Numbered from the stretch's first letter, positions 38,655 through 52,465 are shown. The stretch is 64,000 nt of DNA from Octopus vulgaris (GCA_951406725.2 OX597814.1:200260001-200324000), one strand, 5' to 3'. Program-made: numbers and translations. Notes: a model not told the origin generated them from the letters alone.

Positions 38655-39200
38655 GTAGTTGATGGCTTCTGTTCTCTAGGTGACTGTTATCAGTAGCAGA
38701 GGTGGATGCTCTGAGAGTGTAGCTGTAAGAATAAGCTGGGCAAAGTTCAAAGTGCTCCTACCACTGTTGGCAACAAAGGGCCTCTCCCTCAGAGTGAAAA
38801 GCAGACTGTATTATGCCTGTCTGTGAACAGCTATGTTACTCAGCAGTGAAACACGGACTGTGACTACCAAGGACATATGTAGGCTTGTAAGAAATGAGGC
38901 TAGCATTCCTTGCTGGATGTGCAATGTCAGTGTGCATGTACGACAGAGTGTAAGCATCTTGAGAGAAAATAAAAGGCACCAGATGTAGTGTGCAAGATAG
39001 ACAACTGTGTTGGTATAGTCATGTGATGTGTATGGACGAGGACAGCTGTGTAAAGTGCTGATCTCTAACTGTTGAGGGAACCTGTGGAAAAGGTAGACCC
39101 AAGAAGACATGGGATGAGGAGGTGAAGCATGACCTTTGAACGTTGGGCCTCAAGAAGGCAATGACTGGTGACTGAGACCTTTGGTGATTTGCTATGCTTG
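38655..39200 (+). mobile_element. Degenerate RTE-clade LINE 3' fragment
   Basis: Translates (with frameshifts) VDGFCSLGD..GGCSESVAVRISWAKFKVLLPLLATKGLSLRVKSRLYYAC..SET..RNEASIPCWMCNV, typical of the RTE RT C-terminus. Confidence 0.75.
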
Positions 39201-42200
39201 AGAAAACTTGTCAAACCAAGTGAAATCATAATCATGACTGATGCTGTTGTCATGTAACTGACACCCATGGCAATGGCCCATAAGAAGCACGTTTTGAACA
39301 TTGGGCCTCATGGAGGCAACATGGCTGATGCCGGTGTCACGTAACTAGCACCTGTGCTGGTGGCACATAAAAAGTACCCATTACAGTCAGGTTAGCATTA
39401 GGAAGGGCATAAAGCTGTAGAAACCTTGCCAAATCAGGCTGGAGTCTGGTGTGGCTCCCAACTTACCAGTCCTCAGTCAAACTGTCCAATCCATGCCAGC
39501 ATGAAAAGCGGACATTAGATGATGATGATGATGATGAAAGACCCAACTTTACAAAAGCCATTAAGAGAGTCTAATAAAAAGACTGCCAAGTCTTCCCCTA
39601 AATCAGACTCTAATTTGTTTTTAAAAAAAAAAACCCAAATACATGAACACATTGAATAATAGCGACCTAGATACATTGTATCTGAAAAAGGACAGGATGG
39701 TTAGGCTGGGACATCTTTGACCTCACCAATCAGCACTAACCTAGGGTTAAACAACAACAACAATCCTCTTACAGTAACTCATTTCTCTGTATCACTCAGT
39801 TAACCAGTTAGAGTTCTATTGTTCTGCACTATTTACCAGCAAATATACTTCACCTCTGACCCATCCAAAAATAACATATCATGTGACTGACGGCATCGAC
39901 CACGTTCGGATGGAGCTTTTTACGTGCCACTGGAATGGGAGCTAGTCAGGGCGCACTGGCCACAGCTACGATTTTGGTTTTACTTGACTCAACAGGTCTT
40001 CTCAAGCATATCGTATCGCCTGACACATCAAGGGTACTCTTAAATGGGCCAGATATGCAATAGATAGAAGATGGTTGAGAACCGCTGGTTTAGTAGATGA
40101 TGAAAATGTTATGCATAAATGAGAGCTGTTGAGAGTATATTTAGAATAGCACCTGTGCTGGTGGCATGTGTAAAAAGATTCGAGCGAGGTCATTGCCAGT
40201 ACCGCCTGACTGGCTCCTGAGCCAGTGGCACGTAAAAAGCACCCACTACACTCTCGGAGTGGTTCACGATAGGAAGGGCATCCAGCGGTAGAAACTCTGC
40301 CAAATCAAGACTGGAGCCTGGTGCCAGCCCTCAGTCAAAATCATCCAACCTATGCTAGCATGGAAGGCGGACATCAAACGATGATGATGATGATTGTATT
40401 TGAAATGTGCTCCCCAATATTCAGTTCTCAATCTACCCAAATCCAGCCTTCAAACATCAATAGAAGTAATCGATAGGGTTCTTCTTTCCCTTTCAATAAG
40501 TAAACTCTGATTCCAGAAGTTACATAATAAATGCAAAATTATACAATTTGAAAGTAATAAGTAACTGAATTGCAAAATTGCATTCAATCTGAGAGCTAAG
40601 GTATGTTCAAGACTTCTTTCATGAACCAAAAAAGAGAAGCTATTTTCTTAGTTTTGAAGAAAATCAATACACTGTCGATACAATGCAACTAATATTGAAT
40701 AGATGCATTTTTTTTTTCAGTTTACTTACATTAAACCTCTTCCTTCAATGTGTTGTGTTCTATCGCAAATTCGTGTCTTGGTGATCTAGATATTAAAAAA
40801 TACAGAGAATATTTTTGCCTTTGTTGATCATAAGAGATTATTTGTCCTTCTTATTGGATTCTATAATGTACACATAAGAAGCATTGTGCTGTTTGATGAC
40901 ATTTCTGAGATAAGTTATTACTAGGCAAGTTTATTGACCACACTGTACATTATTATGATTTTTATATATATTTTTTCAACTTCTATTTTGATTATACTGA
41001 TAATTTTCAATGGTATTTTTATGCACAAGCACACACACATGATGGTTTGGTTGTGTCTCTCAGGAGTTAAGATTGCTTTTTATCTATAGTTTGTCGCACA
41101 GCAGCAATAGCGTGCAGTTTGTAATCAATATCAGAGCCCAGACCCTTTGACAAGGCTGACTCTATTCTAAGGCTTGATATTAAAATAGATCTCATGTTAA
41201 CCCTTATGTAACAGGAGAAGCTAACAAAATGTATTAACTATACAGGGATCTTCATAACCCTCAGCTATCTAGATCCGTATACTTAATGAGGTTATCTACA
41301 GGAATAGATCTGGATAATTACAGAGTTGGGAATGAGAATTTTGGCTATATATGTGTGTGTGTGTGTGTGTGCAGATAGTGACTCCAGGTAGGCGTGACTA
41401 TTTGTGTTTGCATAAGTATATTTATTATAGTGTAATTACTGTTGTCGCTGGAAAGTATATTAAATATGATCCAGTTAATACATATATATACTGATTCAGT
41501 AAAACAGGTATTTAGTAAATAGCGATTGTGATATGAAAATGAAGACTGGTAATTGGTTTCAATGTTTGTAATTGATAGCAAAACATCTCAGCTGATGTAG
41601 TTCTGATCCTAAGAGATTTAGTACTGATAGTGGTGAGGTAGCAGCTGCCAATATGCCATTTTGTAGACCTATTCTTACATACAATGATTAATTTTATTAC
41701 ATTAGTTTGTCAGGAAAAACAGAGCCTAAGGTCAAAGAACCATTTGCTGAAATAGAGAGTAGGATTATTTGATTATCAGTGAAGACAGAAATAAGTTGAT
41801 AAGGTTGGTGTAGTTAATTATCAGTCAAGACAGAAATAAGTTAATAATGTGTCATATAATTTTCTTTAATGGACAAAAAAGATGTATATGAGTGAGAAGC
41901 TGCTTAGAGCTACGTAAGCGAAACTAAGTGTTTTCTGTACTCTATTGTACTTAATACAGCAATGAACCAAAAACAAACCATTTAATTTTTTCCCCTTTCT
42001 CTTTCACTTAAAAAATATTTAATTGAAAGATGGAGGGGAAAAAAACAGAGGCCAAAGAATCACAATACACATTTCTAAAGAGGAAAAGGATTTGAGAAAA
42101 TGATCTTGGCTTAGTATTAAATTAAGTATGGCTATGAGTATAAGATGGAGTATGAAAGAATGTTTTGCAGGTATGTTTAACACAAAGTTGAAAACATATG

Positions 42201-42961
42201 CAAAGAAGTGGTCAAGATATTACTGTAGAGACAGTAATAATGCCAAGCTTAGAATTGTTGGTTTGGATGCTTGAAAGAGATGGGCATTTCCTGACATAGG
42301 ACAAGTATTGTACTAAGTGCTCATACAAAGGTCATGACAAACTTCAAAACTAGATTGTTACTTTTCAGAATACTTTGTCCTTTATCGAAATTTCCCATTT
42401 ATTTCCTTCATTGCTTTCGGCAGTAATATTGCACTTCAGTATGTCTTTGAAATGGAGCTTCTGAAGCCAAAACTAAGTACAAATGCTAACTTACTACAGA
42501 CAATATTTTTAACAAATAATCATCAGACATGAAGTATACCATAATGGAGCAGCTAATGCTGATAAAATGTCAGTAACTGAACAATGCTAAAGCAAGTTTA
42601 ATGCAAAAAAAAGAAACTTTCTTCAATAAAATATCAAGTATTAAAAATTAATATAAAAACGTAACCAAATAGCAGGGTATTTCAGTGAAATATTTCTCAA
42701 ATAACAATGTGGTTGGGTGAGATTATATTAAAAGCAACAGTATTTAGAATGTATACATATATCATCATCATCGTTTAACATCTGGTATGTGTCTGTCAAA
42801 TAAATGAGAATGGAGTGCTCAAAACATGTTGGAGAAGATATGGTTTTTACTACAACTGAGAGTGGGACATTGTCTCGTGACTCAAGTTCAACTCTATTGT
42901 GATTCCATCTGAAGATCACAGTAGTATGAAACAAGTAGTGAGACACCTTTGAGTCTCAATA

Positions 42962-43003
<42 letters not shown>

Positions 43004-43320
43004 ATAAGGGTGAAAAATTTAATATTAATTTGATTAATATCAATTTAAAACCAGTGGTTTAGCAGTGGTAACAACGAAACCGGGTTTCTGAATAATCTTT
43101 AGATTTTGTATCCTTTCATTTGTCTTGCTCGCTTACGTTCTGCCATTTGCTAAATTTTCTTGAGAACAATCCTTTCTTAGTGGTAAGACCATAGGGGTCT
43201 ACTTCTAGCATAATGGATGTCCACTTAGAGGTCATCCCTCATATGTATGTATGTATATATATATATATACACACACACATTTATCAATTACAAAATGTTT
43301 CTAAATGATTATCTTTACAG

Positions 43321-43441
43321 CATTGAAAAATCTAAAGCTCTATCGCTTGTGTTGCACTGTGCTGACATCAGCCATCCAGCCAAAGAATGGTTTATGCATA
43401 AGAAATGGACAGATTTGCTTCTTGAAGAATTCTTTAGGCAG
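43321..43441 (+). CDS. PDE1: PDE1 coding exon
   Basis: ttacag acceptor and gtaagt donor. Reads IEKSKALSLVLHCADISHPAKEWFMHKKWTDLLLEEFFRQ. DISHPAK, with His in place of the usual Asn, is characteristic of PDE1. Confidence 0.97.
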
Positions 43442-43530
43442 GTAAGTATCATAAAGACAACGTGTTCACTTTCCATATACCAATGAACCAAATTTCCAAA
43501 ATTTAACGTTATTTGTTATTTTCTATCCAG

Positions 43531-43612
43531 GGTGACAGAGAAAAAGAACTAGGTCTGCCGTTTTCCCCACTCTGTGATCGAAAAACTACACTAGTTGCAG
43601 AATCCCAAATTG
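43531..43612 (+). CDS. PDE1: PDE1 coding exon (invariant Gln)
   Basis: atccag acceptor and gttagt donor. Reads GDREKELGLPFSPLCDRKTTLVAESQIG. Confidence 0.97.
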
Positions 43613-43776
43613 GTTAGTTCATACTATATTTGAATTTAACATCTGTGAATTAACATTTTACAATATCCATAACAATAAAAAGATGTATTAAATGTATTAG
43701 TGATGAATATTTTAAAATAATGTTAACTATATATATATATGTGTGTATAAAATGTTTATAACTATTCTTCCTACAG

Positions 43777-43989
43777 GATTTATAGAGTTCATTGTTGACC
43801 CAAGTTTTACAGTTATGGGTGATGTCTTACAAAAGATAATATATCAAGTGAATCAGTCTATATATGCATGTACTCCAGCAAAAGTAGATGAAGTTATTTC
43901 AGAGGAAGTATTTGAAAGAGCAGATTCTGGGAGCCCACGTTTAGAAAATATTAGCAATAACAGCCGTCCGAGTGCTAAACAATCAAGTG
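43777..43989 (+). CDS. PDE1: PDE1 coding exon (end of catalytic domain plus linker)
   Basis: ctacag acceptor and gtatgt donor. Reads FIEFIVDPSFTVMGDVLQKIIYQVNQS...SRPSAKQSS. Phases 1/1. Confidence 0.92.
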
Positions 43990-46900
43990 GTATGTATATA
44001 ATTTGTTTATTTCATTAGTTTGTTTCAAATTCTACTAAAACATTACACATGATCAGCTACATTAATACATTTCTAACAATCATCATTACCACCATCATCA
44101 TTTAATGTCCACTTTCTATGCTGGTATGGGTTAGACGGTTTGACTGAGGACTGGCGACGCAGATGGCTGCACCAGGCTCCAATCTGATCTGGCAAAGTTT
44201 CTACAGCTGGATGCCCTTCCTAATGCCAACCACTCTGAGAATGTGGTGGGTGCTTTTACGTGCCACTGGCATGAGGGCCAGTCAGGCGTTACTGGCAACG
44301 ACCATGCTCAAAAGGTGTTTTTTATATGCCACCTGCACGGGAGCCAGTTCGGTGGCACTGATAAATTCTTAACAGAGAACTCTAATCCTCTTCATATATT
44401 CTAACCTGTTTCTCTATCTCTTATAGAGCTTATTTAACATAATATATAGCTTATTTATTTTAATTTAACTACCAAATGGCACTGCAATAAAATACTGCTA
44501 CTCACAGTCATAAGAGAGAAATTCATTAAAGATACAATTGGGATTGGCGTGGCTAACATACATAATGAAGTACATGCTTTTGCTCACAAAACTCCAACAA
44601 AATTAAGTATATCTTACTTTATCAGACATTTTAACACTATAAACCTAATTTGTAATTTCCTATATTTTACAACTCAGCTTATACCAAACCCTAACCATTA
44701 CTGAAACTACATACTATGCTTTGCTGCTTCATCTAAAACATGCTCCCTTGTTTTCATGGTCTGCTTGTCTTGTACAGCCACAAATCTGTCTAAAATGTAT
44801 TCAGCTATCAGAATTTAAGTCATTTTGATATAAAATAATCAAATAAGATAAGGCTTTGACATAAGCTCTGATATGTGGGCAATATGGTAAACAGCATCTC
44901 TCATATCTTCTCTAATTTACAATATGTAATACTATTTTTAAAGGTGGTAAATGACCCTACATGTCACCTGGTTTAACATACCATCTTCCCTGCCTCCTCC
45001 TAGACCAGTACAGTTCTCAGCTAGTTTTTTCATCACAGACAGCTTTGGTTTACTAAACATTTATACAAACCACTTGAGAATAAAATGGATAAATATTGTT
45101 TTGAGCCAACTAAGTATCCTGTATGGGATAAAAATAATAGCCAAATGTACCTTAAATCACACTCTACAATCTTAAAAGTATGATGCAAGGGATAATGTAG
45201 TCCTGAATTCCTTGCACATAGAAAAAAGTTGGGATGTCCACAGCTGAAATGTCTTTGATCATGGGTCTGCTTGATCAGCGGTGACTTGGGACAGCCATCC
45301 AAAGCTTCTACAGTAAGAAACCTTTTGGGTTCTGGCCCATCCTCCCAGACTTTAACCTCTCATCTCCTTGCTTACAACTGCTTCCCTCTCTATCATAACT
45401 CTACTCAGTCAAAGAAGATCTAAGTCTTGTGAGTTACATGGTGGCCTCACTTGTGCTACTTCCACAAACAAATCTACCCAGTACACTCTAAAGTAGTTGG
45501 CATTTGGAAGGTCATCCAGCCATAGAAATCATTGGAGCATAATGCACTCTTCAGTCTAGTCACATCCTGTCAAACTAACCAACTACAGCTAGGATGGAAG
45601 ATGAACATTAAAAGATAAAGATTACCAGCCCTATACACAATTTACTAACATGTAAGCCTAACATCTCTATGTGACAAAAATCTCTCAACCACTATTCTAG
45701 GCTATATTCTAAATTCCAACTTTTCTGTGAAAGATGATGTTTATGCATGTGTACAATCCATTCTCTATGCACACACTTTCTTGATTTTCTCACTTACATC
45801 TCAACAAAACAGTCGCTTTCTTCCCTATTATTTTGAGTTCTGTTTTCTTTGCCACACTCCAAACACCTCCAACTACTAGTAGCTATTTGATTATCAAAAT
45901 GCATCGAGGACACCTCTGTGCGTCTTCTCCACCCTTTTCTCTAAAGTTATATTTTTAGATGGCTTTACAGAACATAATTCCTACTGGCTATCATTGTCTT
46001 CCCCACCTACACACACACACACATTGATAATGTTGTCGCAGAGGCTGAAGAGGTCTGCCTTTTGAATTAGTTGCACCAATAAGTCTCCTCACCTACCCAC
46101 ATCTTTGAATATCTAAATACACTGAATTTCTCTCTCAGTTATAATCCAATATATTTACCTCACCATCACAGTCTCCTTCTTCACAAGCTAATTTCAGTAC
46201 TATTTAATTAAGAACTTCCACCCATCATTAACATTATCAGCCTCTTTATTCCTTAAGTCAGCTAATTAATTGGAATTGTGCCATTCTAGTTTAAATCTTC
46301 CGAATAAAACCAATTACTGTCTCTATGAATCTTTTAAAAGAATCTTTAATAATGACATGCTACAAGGTATAACTGAACCTTAAACCAGATTGTGGAGGCA
46401 CATGGCTTAGTGGTTAGAGTGTTGGACTCATGATCGTAAGATTGTAGTTTCAATTCTTGGACTGGAAGACATATTGGTTCTTGAGCAAAACAGTTCATTT
46501 TCTGTTGCTCCAGTCCACTCAGCTGGTAGTAATGAGTAATCTTGTGATAGATCAGCCTACTGGCCAGGGAGGAATAAACACAACATAGGCACAGGAGTTG
46601 CTGTGTGGTAATTAGCTTGCTTGCCAACCATATGCTTCTGGGTTCAGTACCACTGCATGGCACCTTGGATAAGTGTCTTCTACTATAGCCTCAGGTTGAC
46701 TAAAACCTTGTGAGTGGATTTGGTAGATAGAAACTTAAAGAAGCCCATTATGTGTGTGTGCGCACGCGCATTTGTCTCTTCCCTCCCACATCACTTGACA
46801 ACCAATGCGGATGTGTTTGTGTCCCCATAACTTAGTGAATCGGCAAAAGAGATCAATAGAATAAGTACTAGGCTTACAAAGAATAAGTCTGGGGGGTTGA

Positions 46901-47117
46901 TTTGCTTGACTAAAGGCAGTGCTCCAGCATAGCCACAGTCAATTTACTGAAACAAGTAAAAGAATAAACTGGCCCTAGGCTCTTTACAGAGTGATGTGGA
47001 CTAACCATAACAGGTCATCATCAAGGAGAATTTAATTACTACAAACAAACATTTTGATGAGGAATTACGTACATTATTTACATTTGACAGCTATTTGTCC
47101 TCATCTGGTTTGTTGTT

Positions 47118-47163
47118 AACACAATGTTTCGGCTGATATACCCTCCAGCCTTCATCAGGTGTC
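47118..47163 (-). ncRNA. Minimal type I hammerhead ribozyme motif
   Basis: GACAC-CUGAUGA-A-GGCUG..CAGCC-GAAAC-AUU-GUGUU. Confidence 0.68.
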
Positions 47164-47414
47164 TTGGGGGAAATTTTGAACCTGGGTTCTCATTCCTAAG
47201 GTACTTTTTGATATTATTATTATTATAATTATTCAGGTCACTGCCTAGAATCGAACTTGGACTCTTGGGGTTAAGAGCGTGGGCTACTAACCCCAAGATT
47301 CTGAGTTTGATTCCAAGCACTGACCTGAACAATAATAATAATAATTACAATAATAATAATAATAATATCGAAAAATATCTTAGGAACGAGAACTCAGGTT
47401 CGAAATTTCCTCAA

Positions 47415-47460
47415 GATACCTGATGAAGGCTGGAGGGTATATCAGCCGAAACATTGTGTT
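47415..47460 (+). ncRNA. Minimal type I hammerhead ribozyme motif
   Basis: GAUAC-CUGAUGA-A-GGCUG..CAGCC-GAAAC-AUU-GUGUU. Confidence 0.65.
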
Positions 47461-47827
47461 GACAACAAACAAGATGAGAACAAATATCCATCAAATATAT
47501 AAATAATGTAAATAATAAACATTCTGAATTATGTATTTTAAAAATAATTGCAGTACTAGAATGAGTCCATAAGGTTGGACACATAAAATAATAAAACTTG
47601 GGAGGATCATTTTCACACAGGAGACAGAGAATGTGCCTATTAAGATCAAGGAGAATATGACAAATATGTGAATAGTTTTCACAGGCGTGCAACCACTCCA
47701 TAGGCGCATAAGTGGTTGTGAGGGAAGTAGCTTGCTTACCAGCCACATGGTTTCGGGTTCAGTCCCACTGCGTGGTACCTTGGGCAAGTGGATTTGGTAG
47801 ACGGAAACTGAAAAGAAGCCCGTCGTA

Positions 47828-47871
<44 letters not shown>

Positions 47872-50760
47872 GAATAAGTACTAGGCTTATAAAGAATAAG
47901 TCTTGGGGTCGATATGCTCGACTAAAGGCGGTGCTGCAGCATGGCTGCAGTCAAATGACTGAACCAAGTAAAAGAGTTTGGGGCTGTGGAGAGTTTGAAT
48001 AATGCAAGATCATTCTTGACCTGAATATACAAGCAAATTAATAAGGTGTTACTAAAGTATATTCATGTAAATTTGAATTGAAAATAATTGCCATTGTTTA
48101 ACTTTGGATTAATGTTTGTTTGATCATAACTGAGCCAAAGTATCCCAGCTATGGAGCATGCCATCTTTTTTTTTGTACAGGCAATTCTTAACCAGAACTA
48201 CATGCTACAATGTGTCCCTGATAGGGGTATATTATTTCTTGCAACTCAAGCAATAATCTAGAAGTTCCCACATTGGATTTCAACAAGATTATTGTATGTA
48301 AAGAAAATTTTAAAATTGCATGGTTGAGGCTGTTGATATAAAACTGTATCTCTGGTTCATTGACAAGAGCTCAAACAAATGTGTCACTTGGAAAATGGTT
48401 GTTGGTTTTCTCTCTACACAGAAGTTAAAATTCCAGTGTCTTTATTACTGGTGACATTGATCATTTGTACAGCATACCTATGTGTTTATTTTATTACTAA
48501 TGACATTATACACTTAGATACTTCATCCCTTTATAGTTAGAGCTGAAAATTTCTATTTTGAGATTTCACAACACACTTAATAAATGTAAACAAAGCTTAG
48601 TGAAATGCCAACAAAGTGAAATTGTTTCTCTATATATCTTGTGTATATTCTATAACTTCTAAGTTTGATCAACGCAAATTTAAATCTTCAATATCTCTAC
48701 TGCAATTTGGTGTTGAATGTTAATCTTCTCCAATGTTGAGCAAGCTCCTCATGCTGCTGTTGAAGTTTTGAAGCACTTTTGAACTTTCAGTTTTCAATAA
48801 TGCCATCTTATTACTTGCATAGTGGCTTATATTTTTAAATAAGTAGTTATGTGGAAGATGGCAATGAAGTCTTTTTTCATCCTGGCTATGTCCACCTTCT
48901 CTTCTATAACCTGTGTAGTCATATAGCTCAACAGCAAGAAACCTGTTCTGGCCCCTTTTTTCAAAAGCTGCCTTCCATTCAACTGTAACCACACTCACTT
49001 GAAGGAAATTGTAGTCATGCATAGCAACCTCACTAGGGCTGGTGCTATGGGGGAAAAAAAGCACTCAATACATGTTGTAAAGTTGATGGCATTAGGAAGA
49101 GCACCCACCTATAGAAACAATGCCAAAACAGGCATGGGAGTATGATGCAGTCATCAGACCCATCAGATCTTGTTGAACAATCCAACCTATGCCAGTATGG
49201 AACATGGGAATTAATCAATGATGATGGTAGGTACATTAGTTTACTGAAGGAAAGTGGATAAGTTATGCCACAGCACAATTTGAAGTAGGCCTAGAAAATA
49301 AAAGTCTACTTTAATTATTTACATCAAATATATGCCTTGTTGCAAGCAGCCTTACCATTTTAATAGTTCAACAAATACTTCTAGGAATGATTATAAAATT
49401 GCTTTCAAAACAATATGTGGATGAAAGAGAGATTCACAACTCTGCCATTACTTCTATGCACCTAGCCATAAATTTATATCAACTTCACAAATAAACTGTG
49501 ATAATTATTCAGTAGTTAGAGATTCACATTTTTTTTTTTTCCAAGTGTTCTTTACACAATTTGTATAAATTTTGTTTTCATTATTCTCTTACTGATTCAG
49601 CATTTCCTATTCTCTGTTCATTTCCTATCCGCTGTTTCTAAACAGTGAAAATCTTCATTGGCTGCTACAGGAAATTCATTTCCTTCTCAGACGTACTAAC
49701 AACAAATATAAAATTATATATTCAAAGAACATTTAGTAAAGAGGAAATACAATTGGTCAAAGAGATTTACTTGTTCTTATACAGAAGCTTATTCAGATGT
49801 TAGATTTACAGCTCCCTTCAGTTCATTGTTGACGATCTTAGTAGGACATTTCCGTTAAGTAATTGAGAGCAATACAGTATAGAGCAGAAAGCTGTGAGAT
49901 CTTAGGATTAAAAGTATGCTAGAATAATCTGCTGTGAAAGACAGTAATGGAGCTGAACTTTGAAGAACTCTTCCGCTTCTTACTTGGAGATTTAACCGGA
50001 TTATACTGAAGCAGACATCCAAGTAAGAGTCAAAGAAACAATAAACAGGAAGCTTGAACAAAAGTTTGGTTTCACTGTGCTTTGAAAGTATAAAAATAAG
50101 AGTAAGGTGAGATTAATATGTTAATCTCAGTGTATTTATGCTTTATTCTTACATTGGAAAATGGAGTTTAGCAATTTAAATACAAGAGTCTCTAATATTA
50201 TCTTATTTGTATTTAAGAATAAATGTTGGGGATGATCAGGTAGTTTTAATCTGTTTTTAATTTCAATCTAGAAACCAAAGCAGATCATTAAGATTTGGTT
50301 GGGATTATATATTACTTATTGAAATAATCAGAAATTACATTTATCTTACAATCAGTGGCAAAAGGTTTCAAATTTAGTCTTATTAGCTTCATTGCTTCCA
50401 AATATTTGGCAGTAAATAAATGTCCTAAAAATTATTATTCTTGTTAAATTTTCAGAAATAATTCTGATAGAAAGATATCACTGAAAATGAGTTTGAGCTT
50501 TACTTGTGAGTTTCGCAACTGCCTAGAGGATTTTTTCTTTTTACTCGATAAGAAACAAAGGGATTCCAAAAATCATGGAATTTTATTCAACGGGATAGGC
50601 ACGAATATCTTGGGTTATTTTCTCAATAAATATATCACATTTGTCTGTTTAAAAAGTCACAATGCTAATATGATACCAATCTTGTTTTTTAACTCAATTT
50701 TTTTTAAATGGGTAGAAAAAAAATTACAATTTCTGAAAAAAAAATTTTTTTTTTTTACAG

Positions 50761-50835
50761 GTCATGTAGTGAAAAGGCCATGGAAACCAATATTAGAAGT
50801 AAATAAAGCAAAGTGGATAGAAATAGCAGCCCAAG
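50761..50835 (+). CDS. PDE1: PDE1 coding exon (C-terminal W..I..NK..W helix)
   Basis: Poly-T tract with acag acceptor and gtaaat donor. Reads GHVVKRPWKPILEVNKAKWIEIAAQ, matching the conserved PDE terminal helix. Phases 1/1. Confidence 0.88.
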
Positions 50836-52121
50836 GTAAATTGTAATTAATTGAGAAATGTTTTTCTTTCAAACAATAAGACATTGTAAGAAATAAATGC
50901 AATTGAAAAAATTACTTGAAACAACTTATGAGAACTTTAATTAGTGATAATAAAAGTAACATGTGTTTTTAATTAATTTGAAATGTAGTGTTTCATGGTC
51001 TTTCTACATAAATGCAATAAATCCTATATATTTCTGAGAAACATCTTACATGTTTAATTATGTTTCTAAGTTTCATAATTAACAAAAAATATTTCTTGTA
51101 CAAAATAATTAATATCAACAGAATTAATATTAATACCAAAAGGTAATCTTCATCTCAAATTAAATGTGGATGTTGTGTTAGAACACAAAATACTGCATTA
51201 TTTACCTTGAGAGAAACTTTCATAAGGACTTATAGTGTTTGAAAACACATGTAATTATTTAGTTGACAGACAAGAATAATTTGCTATGACCACCAGTACT
51301 GCCAGATCACATGATTTCACCCTACAATGGGTTCCTCAGTGACAGATGTCCAGCAGAAGCACAACAATCAAATATCCAGTCAACAATATAAAAAAAATCT
51401 CTGTGTCTATTTGAGCACTGATTTCACAAATAACCAATGGTCTTATTAAGAAATAACTAACAGTGACAGAAACAATAATAATAACAGAAAGTAATATTGA
51501 TCTCTAACATAACATGGATGTTGTGTTAGAACACAAAATACAGCATTATTTACCTTGAGAGTGTCTCTCATAAGAACTGATAGTACTTAAGGACTGGTGC
51601 CTGAACAGACACTTATATTCTTCTTTGTCAATGATATAATGACGTGTGCTTTTATGAGAGTGTAGTGTGATGGAGGAAAAGGACAACAGAAAAAGAAGCA
51701 ATGGGAGAAAGAAATACAAAAGGCCTTACTTTGGCGAAATCAGTGGTCACTCTCACGAATTCAACACGTGTTGTCACTCTGCACTCTTTGCTGGACCTGA
51801 CCACACATGCTCGCTGACCATACGTGCTTCCTGCCCACGCATGCCCCTTTCACTCTTCTACCGGCCCCTACAAGCCTCATTTGCGCCCACCTCATCTGTC
51901 ATCCTCTCCACCAACACCACATAGCTCATCACAGCCCATAACACTGCTAACACCACAGAAAGTTTCTCTCAAGTTAAACAATGCAGTATTCTGTGTTCTA
52001 AAACAACCTCCACGTGAAGACGGAAATCAAGATTGTATTTCTTGCACAAGTAATTGCATAATTAACTAAAATATTTCTTGTCAAAGTATATACTTTAAAT
52101 GTTTAACTTCACTATTTAAAG

Positions 52122-52312
52122 ATGCAGCGGAAAGAGCACTCAAGAGCTCATTAAGAGCAAGTTCTGAGCAACTTGATGCTGACAGGCCTGAAAGCGCTTC
52201 CGAGAAGACTAAGACGCCTCCTGACAGTGAGAATGTTTCACAAAAAGATGGTGATTCACAAAGTAATGACAAAGCTGCACCAACAGTTTCTCAAAAAGAA
52301 GAGCTATGCTGA
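52122..52312 (+). CDS. PDE1: PDE1 terminal coding exon
   Basis: AAG acceptor at 52119-52121 (an alternative in-frame CAG lies 6 nt downstream). Phase 1 gives DAAERALKSSLRASSEQLDADRPESASEKTKTPPDSENVSQKDGDSQSNDKAAPTVSQKEELC*, with TGA at 52310-52312. It is a coding-like island of higher GC. Confidence 0.75.
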
Positions 52313-52465
52313 ACTTGCTTACAATGCTCTGATTACAATTTATGTACAGGCACACACATACAAAGATGCACACATATATACAAAAGTTAACTAAGAATAA
52401 TACTGACATATATACATGTTTAATGTGGTTGTATAATAATTTTCAAAAGTCAGTCACACACATAC

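Larger units (their letters stand above)
47056..47510. mobile_element. Hammerhead-SINE copy 3, near-complete head-to-head inverted duplication
   Basis: 47056-47273 is the reverse complement of the forward unit 47269-47510. Hammerhead motifs are present on both strands. Confidence 0.88.

Noticed and set aside
49691-49858. Possible alternative terminal PDE1 exons (acceptors at 49690 and 49784 give short open frames ending in a stop)
   Set aside because: There is no PDE-like sequence, and using them would drop the conserved W..NK..W helix. They cannot be supported without RNA data.
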